Shown in pieces: positions 40,143 to 53,961 of a stretch of DNA of 64,000 nt. The stretch is from positions 141,608,001-141,672,000 of the forward strand of contig JBITNC010000001.1 in NCBI GenBank assembly GCA_050084985.1. Reading direction: 5' to 3'. The position numbers and the translations under genes were made by a program. Below the pieces are notes generated by a model, which worked only from the letters and a program-made list of their open reading frames with translations, made no database searches and had not been told where the DNA came from. The stretch comes from Nageia nagi. Taxonomy: Eukaryota; Plantae; Pinophyta. The first letter of the stretch is position 1. The number at the start of each line of letters is the position of its first letter.

Positions 40143-43100
40143 TTTTTTTTGTATGAAAAAGTACTTATATTACTTAATTACATAAAGAAGGTAGGTGGGA
40201 AGAATTAACACTCCCTAAAATATCAAAAAGGATAAAGTCACTAACTACATCTTATTATTAGTTAGGATTATACAAATATAAAAATACCATAAGTTTAAAA
40301 ATAACAACATTTCTATCAAACTCTAAACATAAAAATTAAATATTCTTCATAAAAAAGTTCTCAACCAAAGTATCATAGTGCGACCCTTGAGAGATGTTCA
40401 GATCATCCTAGCCATTATATATAGCCCTGCTACCTTTACCATTCATTGTATTATCAGTTGCATTATCTATTTCTTGATATGACATTACTTTATTACCCTA
40501 AAAAATTACCTCTTCAAAAGTTACTAAGGGCACATCCCTACTTTATTTGTTTTTGGAAGAGGAGGCTATTTATGTGTGAGGATACTTGTTAATCGAAGGA
40601 GGCTAAGATCAATATCTTCCTAGAGGAGGAGGTGGGTCTCATGCATATGTCTAACCTCTACATACTTTGGGATGAGCTCTCCCTTATGCCAATGGTAGAG
40701 AATCCTACCTATCATCAAAATCAAGGGGGATCATGTTGACTAAAAATGGAGCATTATGCTAATATTCTATAAGATCCCATAAGTGCTACATTTGAATGTT
40801 GGTTTTTTCTACTTGATTGTAAGTATGCAACCAATAGTCATATAATACCTTATATTTATCAAAAAATAAAAAGGAAAGATAAGGCATCCATTCTAAAAAT
40901 AGGATTTTGTATCTTGTCTTCCATAAGCAAAATAATAAACCAACTCTAAATATATTTCAAATAATTGAGAGATTTTCAATAAACTCAACATGGTCCCCTA
41001 ACAAAATTTGAACCTAGGAATAGGGGCTTCTCATCTAGGGTATAAATAAGGAAAGGATCTAATCCCATGATTCTCATGCTCTAGGGTAATCCTAGAACAC
41101 ATGTTTATAGTCCTCTTATTCTAAGAAATTTTTACAACATGTGTCAAAAACACCCATTTATTTTAGCCTTAACCTAATAGGGAGGTCATGGTGTAGCATA
41201 TTCCATCCAAAACTGCTTGAAATTGTGAGACCCAATTTTTTTTGGAAGAAATAAGATCATGTTTTTTGTTAAGTTTATCGTACATTGGAATGAATGGAGA
41301 TAATCAAGTGTAACCAAACTTGGATTTATATTGCATTAATGGGATATTATTAGGTCAAACCTAATCTTCCACCCAAGATATTTGGTGTCATCTAAAGACT
41401 TTGTTCCATACCTCCAAGGGGATATTTTCAATCACTACCTCATATGTGGGTCTATCCTTGGCTAGGAGGTTAAATTTCTTCCAAAATTCATCTCATGGAA
41501 TCCATGCCTTACTGAGGGGAGACATGAAATTAGTCAAATAGGCAATTCCCATATTAAAAAATATTTGCATATGAATTCATTGTACATTGATTAATGGAGT
41601 ACCTTAGATATCAAATGCAAATCAAATATTTAACCAAGGTATAAAACTAGCATAATATTTATTTTTCAATGAAAGCTTACTCTTGAAATAATCCCAATCT
41701 TTCCAAATACTTTGAATGAGAAAGAACCCTTTAAGTTTTATTGGGATAGGGGCAGTAATGATAGTTTGAAGGTCTATATCTTTTCATACCTTTTTTCCAA
41801 AAGGAAACTTAGAAAGGATGCTATTCCTAATAAGGATTTTCTATCTTTATTCTCATTTTAGGGATTTGATAATCCATTTAGCACATAAAGCAAATCTTTA
41901 TATTTGAAAATCAAACATACCCATACCATTGAAGGATTTGGGGAGACAACAGGTTTCCTAGGCTACTATATGAAAACCTTTCTTACCTTTAATGTTGAAC
42001 TAAAGGAAAGCCTTAAGTAATTTTTTTAAATACTTAAAAATTTTTTTGTAAGGGACCCAACAAGAAGTATAATACACATGTGTCGAAGCTAGAAATTTGG
42101 AACATATTTGAAATCTCCAAGCCAAAGGAAGATTTTTGGTGGTCTAATAACTTAGTTTTTTTTCAAAATTTTAGATCACATAATGCTAGAAGCTAGGGTG
42201 TTATTAAAATAAAAGGATATACCCATGAATTTGAGCATATCCCCATTTTTAATCCAATTTTATGGTTTTCAAGCTAACCACTAAGGGGTGTCACTTGCTA
42301 GTTTTCTATAACAAGAAGTCTTTCTCTACTGTATACTTGAACTAGAGGCTAAACAAAAGGTATTCAAGAAATCTAGGGTAATAGATACAAATGATTCATA
42401 TTTACCATGAGTTAAAAAAGAATCATAAAAAGTGACCATTGATCAGTTATCTATTAGTGTGGGGAAGGGGAATGCCTGTTACCAACCCTAAATTAGCCTT
42501 ATGAGCAAGGAGGTATCCAAAGGTTTCAACTATAAGAATGAACAATAAAGGGGCTAGTGGAAAACTTTGTCTAACATATATTCCAAAGGGAATTATTTGA
42601 TATCATGGCTCATTAAGGGGTAAAATTGAAGAATAATCCTTGAACAACATCTTGATTATGTTCACAAAGAAGGACTCAAATCCTAAGGCTCTCAACATCG
42701 TAGAAATAAAGAACCATTCTATTTTGTTATAAGCATTTACAAAATTAATTTTGATAAAAAGAGATAATTGGTTTGATAGTTTAGCCCATTCCATTCCCTC
42801 CCATACTACTATCCCATTATCAAGAATGCATTTACCCTAGACAAACCTTATCTTCTCAAGTTGAATAATAAGAGGTAAAAGGGATCTAATTTTAAGTGCT
42901 AGATCTTTGGAAATGATTTTATAATTGATATTCAATAAAGTAATCTGTTTCCAATTAGTGATTAACTTTAGATCATCTTATTTGGAAATGAATTTGACAT
43001 TTCCTTTATTTAAGATCAAACCCAAGGTCCAAGAGATATTACTTCTTTGTAAACATTCCATAGGTCTAATTCTACAAAGTCCCAATATTTTTTGTAGAAT

Positions 43101-46000
43101 TCACATGGAAACCCATCTATTATTAGGGCCTTTTCGTTATCCATAATAGAAAAAGCTTACTTTATATCATCCAAGGTAAGGGGATAATCATACACACCTC
43201 TTTAATTATCTATAACTTTGGAACTTGGATAATGGCACAACATTCCTTAAGTATCTTTTCGTGATCTACACTTAATGTTTGGAAGGCAAAGATAAATTGG
43301 TAATGATTTACAAAGGCTTTAGTGATTTCAAGAAAAGTGGTGAGTCTGTAATCATCAACCTTGAGAGCAAAGAATTGAGTATACTTACTAGGATTCCTAA
43401 TCCTTTTAAATAATTCTTTGGAGACTTTATCACTTATCTTAAGATAGTGCAATTGGGATTTGAGTTATGCACCTTTTTCTTCATGCACTTCTACTTTTTG
43501 GAGTTCAAATCTAATGGTAGATACCTAATCTTGTAGTTCATAATCAAAAGGATTCCTCTCAAGTTTGATTGAGAGTTTGTTGAGTTCATATTTGAGCAAA
43601 ACATTAAAGATCCTCCTTCTCTTGGTAATTTCTTTTCCTAAAGTTCCAAATAAGACTATTGTTCTCCTTATGGTATACTTCCACCAATCTATCCAACCAA
43701 TAAAGACTCTAGGTCTAGGAACAAGGTTACACATATGGTGGATATGAGCAATGATAGAAGTTTATTCCAATAAAAGAGTATTAAAATAGAATTGAATAAG
43801 AAATTTTAATGGCCTAACATCTGATGATTCTATAGAGAATGTAATTATAGTATGATAAGATGTGTAGTCCTTGGAATTATTGAAATAAATGGTATCGAGT
43901 TGAATTTTTTAATGAAGTAGAAAGTGGTTTTTTCTAACATCATAGATCAGTCTAATCTTGTTAAGACTTTGTTGTCTCCCTTTTGCATATTGGAGCATGT
44001 GAACCATTGTTCATCCTAGAATTCCTCTCCAATAAAGTAAAAATTGGGATCATACACATTAAGTTTATTTTTTATGAAGTAAAATGATTGTCTTTCCCCA
44101 CTAGTACACCTCATTGGGGAGAGACTTTACTTATTACTAGCTTTCCCTACTATGTTGAATTCTCTATAGAGAATCCAAGTAACTATCAGAACATTCATGG
44201 TAGTCCACCACCAGAGAGCATATCTATTGGTTTCTAAGTTTGAGACATAAATATTTATGATACCAAAAGATTTACCTTTTGATTCAAATAAATTCCAAAC
44301 AACTTGGTTGGTAGGGTCTACCCCAAAGTGACAAAGTGAGATTGCCACCTTAGGGAAATGATTATGATAGCTCCCCATTTTCCATGTTCATAATTTGTGA
44401 CATGGGAAATACATCTAAGTGAAAGCAAGTTTACAAATAAATTCAAGCCTAATGCCAACTACTTTAACTTCTTGAAAATACAATACATCCCAATTATCCC
44501 CATGGTGAGATATTAACTCTAAATCATTGCAGAATCTATATTTATAGGTAGGGCCCAATAGTCCTCTCACATTATAAGAGATAATAATCATTGAGAATTG
44601 TTAAGGTGTAGATTATCCTCCACATACATAACATCCTCTAAATCCCCTAATTCACCTAGGGATTCAAATGCATTAACTAATTATGGAATGGGTGCTTCAT
44701 TTTGTTTTCTTTTTTGCAAAGTAAAATCCTTAGGAGGAGGGCTCTAGAAGATTATGCCACTATATCCTTTAGGTGGAACCACAAAGTTAGATATAATTAC
44801 TATGATCCTCAAAGTATGATAATTTGAGACTACTTAGGCATAGCTTGGTAGCTCTATAATAACACCCCATCTTGGATGCAAGGAGATACTTCAATTTGAA
44901 CTAGAAGTGGACCTAGGTGAGCTTTTGGGGAACTAGCACCTAAGCTTGACCATTTGAATAATAATTTTATCTGTTATGTATTAGGGTCTATCCATTTTGA
45001 TTATCCTTATTTATTTGTACTCCATTTCCTTTATTATTATTTTGATCAACTTGAGCATTTCCTCTAGTAGTATTACTTTGTACATTTTGACCATTATTTG
45101 TAAGATTTAGATTTTGATGGAATGTCTTAGTCATAAGTAGATAATACTTAATTTTATGGTTCAAATATATATTTCAAAAATAAGTGTTCAAGATACCTAT
45201 ATACTGCACTCTCTAATGAAACATCACATCCCCATATTTAATGTCAACAAACTTAAGTAAATCGTTAGTAAGATCTACCTTGACACAAAATTTTCTACAC
45301 AACCTTACTATGAAGAATTTGGGTTCTTCAAAATATACAAGACTTCCTAATAGTTCAATTATGTTATGTATAAAACCTTAGTAATATATGGGAATATTTA
45401 GAAACTCTACCCATACAAGGACTTCAATTGAGGCAACTTTATCCACTGTAAAGTCCTTGTTATATTCTTGCTGAATCATAATTGAATTCCTAATATACCA
45501 AGTACCTCAAGAAAGTATTTTCTTGGCATATTATTCTTTGGAAAATCTAAACAAAAAATAGCCTTTGGTAAGGTTTTGGACCAAATCGACAATGACACCA
45601 TTGGGATCCCAAACTTGATTGACTTAGGATTTTAGTAGAGTATCATTTAGGATTTGATCTAGAAAATAGCCAATAATAGTATACTTCTCATACCAATCAC
45701 ATGCAAACTGAAAAATATCAACATGAATTGAGACCTTAGGTACAAAACTATTATCTTATGGAATACCTTTGAGATGAATTTCTTGGGTCTCTTCCCCAGT
45801 AACATTGCTCGCATTCCTCTCTTTAAAGGCTCCAAAATTCATTAGACTAGCTCTTAGAGCATTTATTATAATAGATGTTGGACCTCTACCCAAGATAGAG
45901 TTACTCCATAATAAATAAACTACACTACTCTTGTAACTAAATGTGATATGATGGTGGAAGCACCCAAAGCTTGAATCTCTAACCATGCAAGATAAATCTA
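40143..46000 (-). mobile_element. Near full-length L1-type LINE, degenerate (ORF1 + ORF2)
   Basis: ORF1 (DUF4283-like) VNQVWDPNG...KGYFLFRFS...VWVEFLNIP at ~45390-45630; ORF2 starts MIIISYNVRGL at ~44592 (APE endonuclease); RT ITLLNINYKIISK and MEWAKLSNQLSLFIKINFVNAYNKIEW (ORF 42603..42794); T8 at 40143-40150 is a candidate poly(A). Confidence 0.9.
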
Positions 46001-48438
46001 TTGGTGAAACATAGTAGCTATCCTCACATTTCTCTTGAGATGATCTTATATTAATGAAATACATTATGAAATATACTATAAAATAATATCTTTTAGTGAT
46101 TGAAAAACTTTAACAAGAAAAACTTAATATACCTAATTTTTACTTTTATTTATTTATTTTTATTTTGAACTTAATAAGAGTTATTAAAGTTAGAAGATAA
46201 GATGGAGACTTTATTAAGAGAATTATTTTATTCCTTATCCATATTTTATATGATAGGTTTTCATACTTTTTTGAACTTATGTACCTTTCCATCTTCTCAT
46301 TTTAACCCTTTCTTAACTACATACAAATATGTTAATGTTACTTTTTTCTTGATATTGTACCTATAGTTATCTATAATTTATTTTTTCACTTCTTGATAAT
46401 TTTTTGAAAAATAAGTAGGATTTTTGCAAAACCATTCATTAACTTCTATCTTAAAGCCTCTAGGGAAAAATTCAGCTTTTAACTTATTGTTATAAACCAA
46501 TTTTACTCTACATTTTTCTTGAAAGTTGGTGAGGTGATATTTTAGATTACTCTATTCTTGAAACACATCAAACCTATGGTTTTATAATTTATAGGTAGTG
46601 GAATATAAAATATATATCAATGCAAAATTATAATATTTAAGATATCAAAATTATATGTTTCATATTTATTTATATTCATTTTTTTATTCTAATATTTCAA
46701 ATTTCTTAGAAACTTTTAATACATGATTTTCTAATTACTTTGATTACCTTTCTAGCTACCATTTTGAATAATTCTACAATTCTAATTAACCTAACTAGTT
46801 TGTATTACAAATAAATAAAATTTTCCCAATAATCCATTATCATTCAAAAATCTTTTAAATGTTTCTAGATTTTATGATAATGTTTACATTTTTTATGTTT
46901 TTTGAGTTTTTGGAAAAAATTCAAATCTAAATAAAAGTAACTTGATACATGGTTCAAGCAAAATTTAAATTTTTAATAAAAAATGAACTTCAAGTTTGCT
47001 AAAATTATTTACCTATGTTATAAGAGACATATTACTAAATAATACGTAATTGAGTAAACCAAGTGATAGGCATCTTAAGAGATTTAACATATTTAGAAAG
47101 TTAAATACATATTTTATGAACCACTTTATATTGTATAATATTTATTGAATACAAATAATATCTCTTCAAGGCTTAGAGTTCATTTAAACAAGAACTAACA
47201 TTACAACAATGTATAGTTGTGATCCCATGTAGTATTTTGACTTCTACATATGCCTTATGTGATCAATTATTTACTAAAGATGATAGATAATCATTGGTAA
47301 ACAATGAATCCCTTGGTTATGATGAATTCCCTTATGAATTTTATAAATCCTTATGGAATATTGTTATTAAGATTTATTTTAAATTTATCTAGAAGTAATT
47401 CATACTAATTATAAAGGGACTCAATTAATTACATGAGTAATTTTATATTTAAATCAAAATATAGAGATTCAAAAGAAATCAATAATTGAAGGTATATTAC
47501 CTTATTGAATATTTATTACTAAATCATTATTAAGGTCTTAGTTCTCTACCAATATAACTTGGTCCTACTAATTAGTAATCTTGAACATATAGTTTTTATT
47601 TAAATTAGATATATTTTAGATAACAATACTACTATATTGAAAGGTATGGAATAGGCTTATATCTTTCAATATAAAATATTATCTATATAACTTGATTCTA
47701 CCACATCTTGTAATCATATAAAGTAGCATTTCTATTATTTCAATATGACAAGCTTTAGGATTTCATAATCTTCATCCACTCTTTCAAGATACTATTTGTA
47801 AATACCATTATTTTTTCTTAAACATTAATATTAAAAAATATTTTATGACATTTTAAAATCTATTTTATAGGGTTGTCTAATTTATCCAACATTATATAAT
47901 TTGGTGGTAAAGGGTTTTGGGTATTTAATTTCCTATATAGTTTCTCATAGTTTAGTTAAGGACATATCCCTTAGCCATACTATACAATAATTTGTTAATG
48001 AACATTTTAGAGATAATTACTTTATCAACTTACTAAACAATAAACTAATACCACACAATCATTTCAATGCTTACATATAATTTGCCTAACATTAGGATCT
48101 ATAATTTAAGGGTAGCAACCACAAGGTTATCATGAATCCTTCATTTATAAACATTTATAGCTTAATGAATTTAATTATAAATAGATTGAGCATAGTAAGG
48201 TGTTTATATTTATTGAAATTTACTTTGTATTCCAATATTTTGACTCTTATTCAAGCTTCTTCAAGTTGACCCACATGGGTCACTTAATAGAAATTCTTCA
48301 AAATATGTCCATTCATAGTCTTCTTTAGAAACCCCCTATTTTTAAAATTTATCACATTCTATTTTAATTTATTAAACTCCTCATGGTAAACCCCTATATA
48401 ATAAATGATAATCCTTTTAAAATTTAGAGTTAAAAAAA

Positions 48439-50909
48439 TATATTGAGATCACTTGCAACTTCAAAGATTAAATAAGGAAAAAGTTAGAATAATTCACAAC
48501 AAAATGGAGAAAGAAATTTCCATTAACAAAAACAAAAATTATAGAAAACTCCAATGCTTCATGCTCAAAACTAGTTTTTCCCATTAAGGGGTCATAAGTT
48601 GGACTATAGGAAGGTGTTGTGAAAGGATCTACAAATAGGTATAAATAAGAAATCACCACCAATAAAAATGCAAAAAAATAGGGTTTAAATTTGAACCTAT
48701 CATTAATGCTTATAAAGGTAGGTGGAATTTTAAAATTAAAAATCCTAATAAATACCCAATGTAAAGGAATACATTAAATATTCAAAAAGTATATGGCATG
48801 ACACCTTTAACCTAAAAATTAAATAAAATCTATATACAATTTAAAATTTAAAAAGGTCTCCATATTAAATGTAAAAGCATAAATAACAAGGGGGTTAACT
48901 AATTATCTATAAAATTAATCCACCAAATATATTCTCCCTACAAAAATTGAGCTAAAATAGACTATGTATTTTTCCAAAAATAAATACAAAAATCTATCCA
49001 TTGGATAAAAAATGAACTCATGCATGGAGAAAAAGGTAGAGGGTGATATGCAGGAAGGTTTTGTCCATGTAGGAGAAGGAATAATCATCATGTTGGATAT
49101 CCATGAAGAGGATCTCATCCATGTGTATGGGTAAGGGGGGATGATAAAAAAATTACCAAATACTATCAAACATTTCTATACTACCACAATAATTTCCCCT
49201 TGTGTCATAACAGTGTTAGATCAATAAGTCCACAACGATGGTGGGTCCACCTACTTTTTTTAAAAAGTGAGTGCATAAATGTTGAGCATTTATACACATA
49301 GATACAAAATCAAATGGATTTAGATAGATTTCATCACTAATGCTATGTTATGATGGTTAAAATAGTGTATTTTAAACCCAATAACTTGAGTTCAAATCCC
49401 ACAGAGAACCTTTTCATGTTATGAGGTTTTAACACTTATACATTTTTCATATTTTTTATAAGCACTTGATGTTTATACATGGATAATAAACATATAGTAT
49501 TTATCACAATCAACACAGTGAAAAGCACCTATAGTTTGTATAATTTTCATTGCCCAAAAATTAATGAACCTCTAACATTGTTAAGCATAATAAGAGGGGC
49601 ATTTTTGTTATAGTATAAACTACTCCAAACACTATCGTAACATGTAAGAGACGTGGAGAGTAGATAGGGAAGAAGATGAAACTTTCAAAATCCACTAATA
49701 CCTATTTTATAAGGTTGACTCGATGAGAGAAGACCATATTGATGTTACAAAATGCGTGAGGGATGGGGATGCCAAGAAAATCATGGATGAATAGAGGGAA
49801 AAGGGACAATACCAAAAGAGGGATCATCATGAAGTACACAATAGATATTTCCAAATGAAATATGTCATGCACTAAGGGGGATATGCCATATGCTACAAAG
49901 GTAACTATAAAAAATGGTGAATATCTTTAACTCATAAGAAAAACCATGCCCACTAATAGAAGAAGCAAATTAATAAATAAAAATCCATTGAGTATGGAAG
50001 GAAGGATGATAAGAATCAATGATATTGCATATTTTAGGACAAATATCATGCACAAAAGGGGCCATATCATGTGCATTGAGGGCCACAATACTAAATACCA
50101 AGAGGATCATTAAGTAGAGGGGGCTAAAATGGGGACCATCATGCTATGCATCATGAGTGAACAAAAGCAAGGGGTTGCTAACTGAGGAGAAATGATACCA
50201 TGCATGGAGGAGGTTACAAAAATGTTGGATGAATGTTGAGAAAAAATCCATGTGGGACTATAGAAGCTACCACTAATAGTGGAGAGGATCTACCAATGGA
50301 ATCCATGAGGCTAGGGCACAACCAAATAGCAAAGGAGACATAAGACTTAAGAGCTATTGAAAATAACCATATTTACTCTTCATGGAAAATATGAAGAGAA
50401 AAAGACTATAATTTATAAATTATATAGAGATCACTTGCATATTTGAAGAGTAGTTAAGAAAGAAGCTAAAATAATTCACAACAAAAATGGAGAAAGAACT
50501 TTCCATTAACAAAATAAAAATTACAAAAAACTCCAACACTTTATGCCCAAAATTAGTTTCACCCATTAAGGGATCATCAATTGGATTGCAAAAAGGTGTT
50601 GTAAAAGGAGCTATGAATATGTATAAATAAGAAATCACAACCAATCAAAATGCAAAATATTAGGGTTTACATATGAACCCATAATTAATTCTTACAATGG
50701 TAGGTGACATTTTAAAATCTAAAATATAAATATACATATAATGTGAGGGAATATATTAAATATTCAAAAAGAATATGACATGGGATCTTTAACCTAAAAT
50801 TTAAATAAAATCTATATAAAATTTAAAAAGGCCACCAAGTTAAAATGCAAAAGCATAAATAAGAAGGAGGGGTCCACTAATTAACTAGAAAGTCAATCTG
50901 CCAAATATA
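48439..50909. repeat. Pair of ~490-bp direct repeats (48439-48931 and 50421-50909), LTR-like
   Basis: Collinear copies (ORFs 48468..48662 and 50420..50644 are mutual homologues); TTCTCCCTAC after the left copy resembles a minus-strand PPT; no TSD found. Confidence 0.8.
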
Positions 50910-50918
50910 TCCTGGAGG

Positions 50919-51062
50919 AATATTTTGTATAAATTTTAAACACCCTTACCCCACATCCCCTTATAAAATAGTTATTGATATACCAATAGTTTGACTTGAT
51001 ATTAAAAATACTCCCTAGTATGCACTCACATGGTATTTATCATTTTCTAACAATAATACCCC
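50919..51062 (+). repeat. Inverted copy of 31136-31278 (gypsy gag 5' fragment)
   Basis: GATATACCAATAGTTTGACTT...ATGCACTCACATGGTATTTA is the reverse complement of ~31160-31220. Confidence 0.85.
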
Positions 51063-51084
51063 TATGAGTTTACCAATGGATAAC

Positions 51085-52350
51085 TAAGTCATTATTGCCA
51101 TGTTTTAAATCCCATGGCTTCTCCAAGCTCTTCACAATAGTTTATGTTTATTATTCTTGTTATTAGGCTTCCTTTGAAACCTCATATTGAATTATTAAAA
51201 AGCTTCTTTGGGATTTTAATGAGAAATTGTCAAATATAAGGATACCATCATGTTACATGGTAGATCTAGTTTCTCCCATATGATATTAGAATCTAGATAT
51301 TTTCTATTGGATATTCAAGGCTTTACCTTTGTGTTAAATAGGTCATTTGATCATTGGTGGTAAATGAAGAATGAAAAATTCTACAGCACTATTATGTTAC
51401 ACCATGCACTTTATATGGCCATCATGTTTAGGAGGGGGTTTGGTTGTATATCACTATGAATCTTAAGGAACCAATTCAAATTTAGACTATCTTCATGAAA
51501 AAGAGTATCTAAAAATCCCAAAAGGCTAGATCACACCATTATTAATTTAGAATCAAAATGGTTTCCATAATATTTTATCAATCATTGACCAATTATGATG
51601 GAGTATAATCATTCGCAAGGATCATCCACTAGCTAAAGTTTCATAGATTCACTCTTTAAAATTATTTTACCATGGAATTCAAATGGTTTCATATTTTTCT
51701 TGCAAGATCAAGTTAAAAATGATTTTTTAGGATTGAAGCCAAAGCTAAATTTAGATTAAGTAACTAGGATCATATTGAATCCTTCCAAATAATAATGTAC
51801 TCTATTTCTTCATGTATGCATCATAATTAAGGTCAAATCTTCCCAACCCTATTAAATTAGAGATGATTTCTAGATGTCCCTTTTTTTAGATATAAACCTA
51901 GTAAGGGTTATGGAACATCCTTAAATCCATATCTTCCAATTGTCTAGAATCTCAATGAAAAATGGAGATTGTAGTCTAATAATAAAACTTAGCAATGCAT
52001 ATTCTAAATAATCTACTTTTCTTGGTGCATTCTATATCAAGTCTTCTGATTCAAAATAGATTAGCTCATTTAGATATCACCAACCTATGGTGCCCATTAT
52101 ATGCATTATAAGAAAATATCAAACATCTCCTTTAGTTTTTCCCTATAGATTAATCTATATCCATACTTATATCCATGAATTGTTTAGGCCATTCAAACCT
52201 AAATAATTTTCTTGGTACATGACTCTTTTGAGTGATTAAATCAATATACTTTCTCAATTCACTACACTATCCCATGTATTTCAAGTGGAAAATCTACTTA
52301 ATATTTGAAAATATATAAATGTAGCTATCTTTTGTGGAGCTACTTTTGAT
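51085..52350 (+). mobile_element. LINE ORF2 C-terminal fragment related to the 40-46 kb LINE
   Basis: Similar to the reverse complement of ~40900-42130 (VYYSC region, FLW, HxVxW, GFTFCVK). Confidence 0.65.
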
Positions 52351-53269
52351 ATCCATATTTTAGTGAATAGGAATGCTTAAATAAGCTCTAATGTGTTTTT
52401 ACAATTCTATGTCTCGGTGAACAAGGTGATATTAGAGGTGTCACACTTACAAACTATTATGGATCATTGGGTCAATACCTAAAGTATGGCGTAATGCATC
52501 CTACTAGCTTATCTTCCGTATTATAGTTAGTTTTGAGAACTAATTTTATCTTGAGGGTAGAGTCACTATCAAATAAAAAGCTCACAAGATCTCCACTAAA
52601 TCCTTTTGCATAGATATACAGGTTACAACTACTCAATAACTCATTTCCCTATTTGCCTAACATGGGAGCCTAAGGTTGGCTCAAAAATAACAAGTTCCTA
52701 TATCTTAACCTTAGACGGATGTAAAATATAACTATATGGCCAATCCTCCTAATAAAAGTGATGACTTAGGATAAAATTGTCCCTCAAACACTCATGATCC
52801 ACCTTTTTAAAGGGGAGTCTCCTTGATCATGATCCACAACCTACACTTGACTCTATTGCTATTTTTGATACATTAATAAATCATGAGTGTTATATTTCAT
52901 TTAAATTATCTTAGGTTTGGTTGGTTGGCTTTATACCTAAACATAAACTTTGAGATGTGATTGAAATATGTGAAATTTACACAAATTGATATTGTATGAT
53001 ACATAAGTTGAAAATGTCCTGAAAATATAGGACGGTAAATTCAAAGACCGTCCAAATTCAACGCAATTGTTTTTAAAATAAAAAAATATACATGGGTAGA
53101 AATAATGTTTATTGACTCGATTTGCATTTCACGTAAGTTGCATTTGCTTCCACCCAGAATCGAAAAGAGCTCTGAACATTCAAGAAAGTAAGAGGAGAGA
53201 AAAGTGGATCCGACAGTGGGCACAAAACAGGAATCTGTGTTAAAACATTCAAAACAAGAATTCTGGACT

Positions 53270-53758
53270 ATGGTTTGCATTCGACGAGCAACCCCAGCCG
53301 ATTTGCCTGGAATGGAGACATGCTCTTGGATATGCCAAGGTGAGATTTACAGCCGAACACTTTATTCCCACTATCTTCTTGCTTGCCCTCAGCTTGCATA
53401 TGTGGCCGAGGATCACAGCAACAAAATTGTGGGTTATTTGCTAGGGATGATAATGGATCCATTGACGAAGAAGAAGCACAACATTGAGTTGACGATTCCA
53501 CATGATATTTGTGGGATGATCATTTCCCTGGCGGTTATGCGCCCTTACAGAAAGATGGGCATCGCAACAAAGCTCTTGAATATGGCTCACAACGACATGA
53601 ATTACGTTTTTGGAGTGGAATATGCTGCTCTTCGAGTCAATTCCATCAACAGGGTAGCCCTCAGTCTCTTTCAAGAGATGGACTACAAATTTTTCAAGAA
53701 AGTACCCCAATTCTTTGGTAACGACGAGGACGCATATATGCTGCTCAAGCAATTGTAG
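53270..53758 (+). CDS. NAA10: NAA10/ARD1-like GNAT N-terminal acetyltransferase paralogue, copy 2 (162 aa, intact)
   Basis: MVCIRRAT start as in plant NAA10; PQLAYVAED..NKIVGYLL; SLAVMRPYRKMGIATKLL; EYAALRV.SINRVA; FFGNDEDAYMLLKQL corresponds to YYADGEDAYDMRKxL. Open frame, CpG retained. The symbol denotes family, not orthology. Confidence 0.92.
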   Translation: MVCIRRATPADLPGMETCSWICQGEIYSRTLYSHYLLACPQLAYVAEDHSNKIVGYLLGMIMDPLTKKKHNIELTIPHDICGMIISLAVMRPYRKMGIATKLLNMAHNDMNYVFGVEYAALRVNSINRVALSLFQEMDYKFFKKVPQFFGNDEDAYMLLKQL

Positions 53759-53771
53759 TTCAAACAAGATG

Positions 53772-53961
53772 GTATAATATCATGACCAGCACATGTAATT
53801 AGGAAGTTTTTTTTTTAAAGAATGATAGTGATTAACAGGTTTTTCAAATTCTACGGGTCCAGATCTTGGAGGTGTTGTTAGATACAGGAGCTGTTTCTTT
53901 TCTTAATGCTTTGGCTGTAAATGCTAAATAGCAAGTTTATGTTGTTGCATCTTCTCTGCAG
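53772..53961 (+). other. Predicted 190-nt GT-AG intron in the 3' UTR of NAA10-like copy 2
   Basis: Donor G|GTATAA 13 nt after the stop; U-rich body; acceptor TTGCATCTTCTCTGCAG|. The acceptor is more convincing than the donor. Confidence 0.55.

Noticed and set aside
45998-46008. Possible TSD of the 40-46 kb LINE (CTATTGGTGAA vs CTATTGATCAA at 40132-40142)
   Set aside because: Only 9/11 identity in AT-rich DNA; not distinguishable from chance by eye.
46100-48400. Possible decayed hAT/MULE transposase
   Set aside because: Only a vague LVVA...DP-like trace; no convincing motif series.
49340-49410. tRNA gene
   Set aside because: Only A/B-box-like motifs; no cloverleaf.
53204-53269. 22-aa N-terminal extension of copy 2
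   Set aside because: Begins at GTG; the canonical MVCIRRAT start is at 53270.
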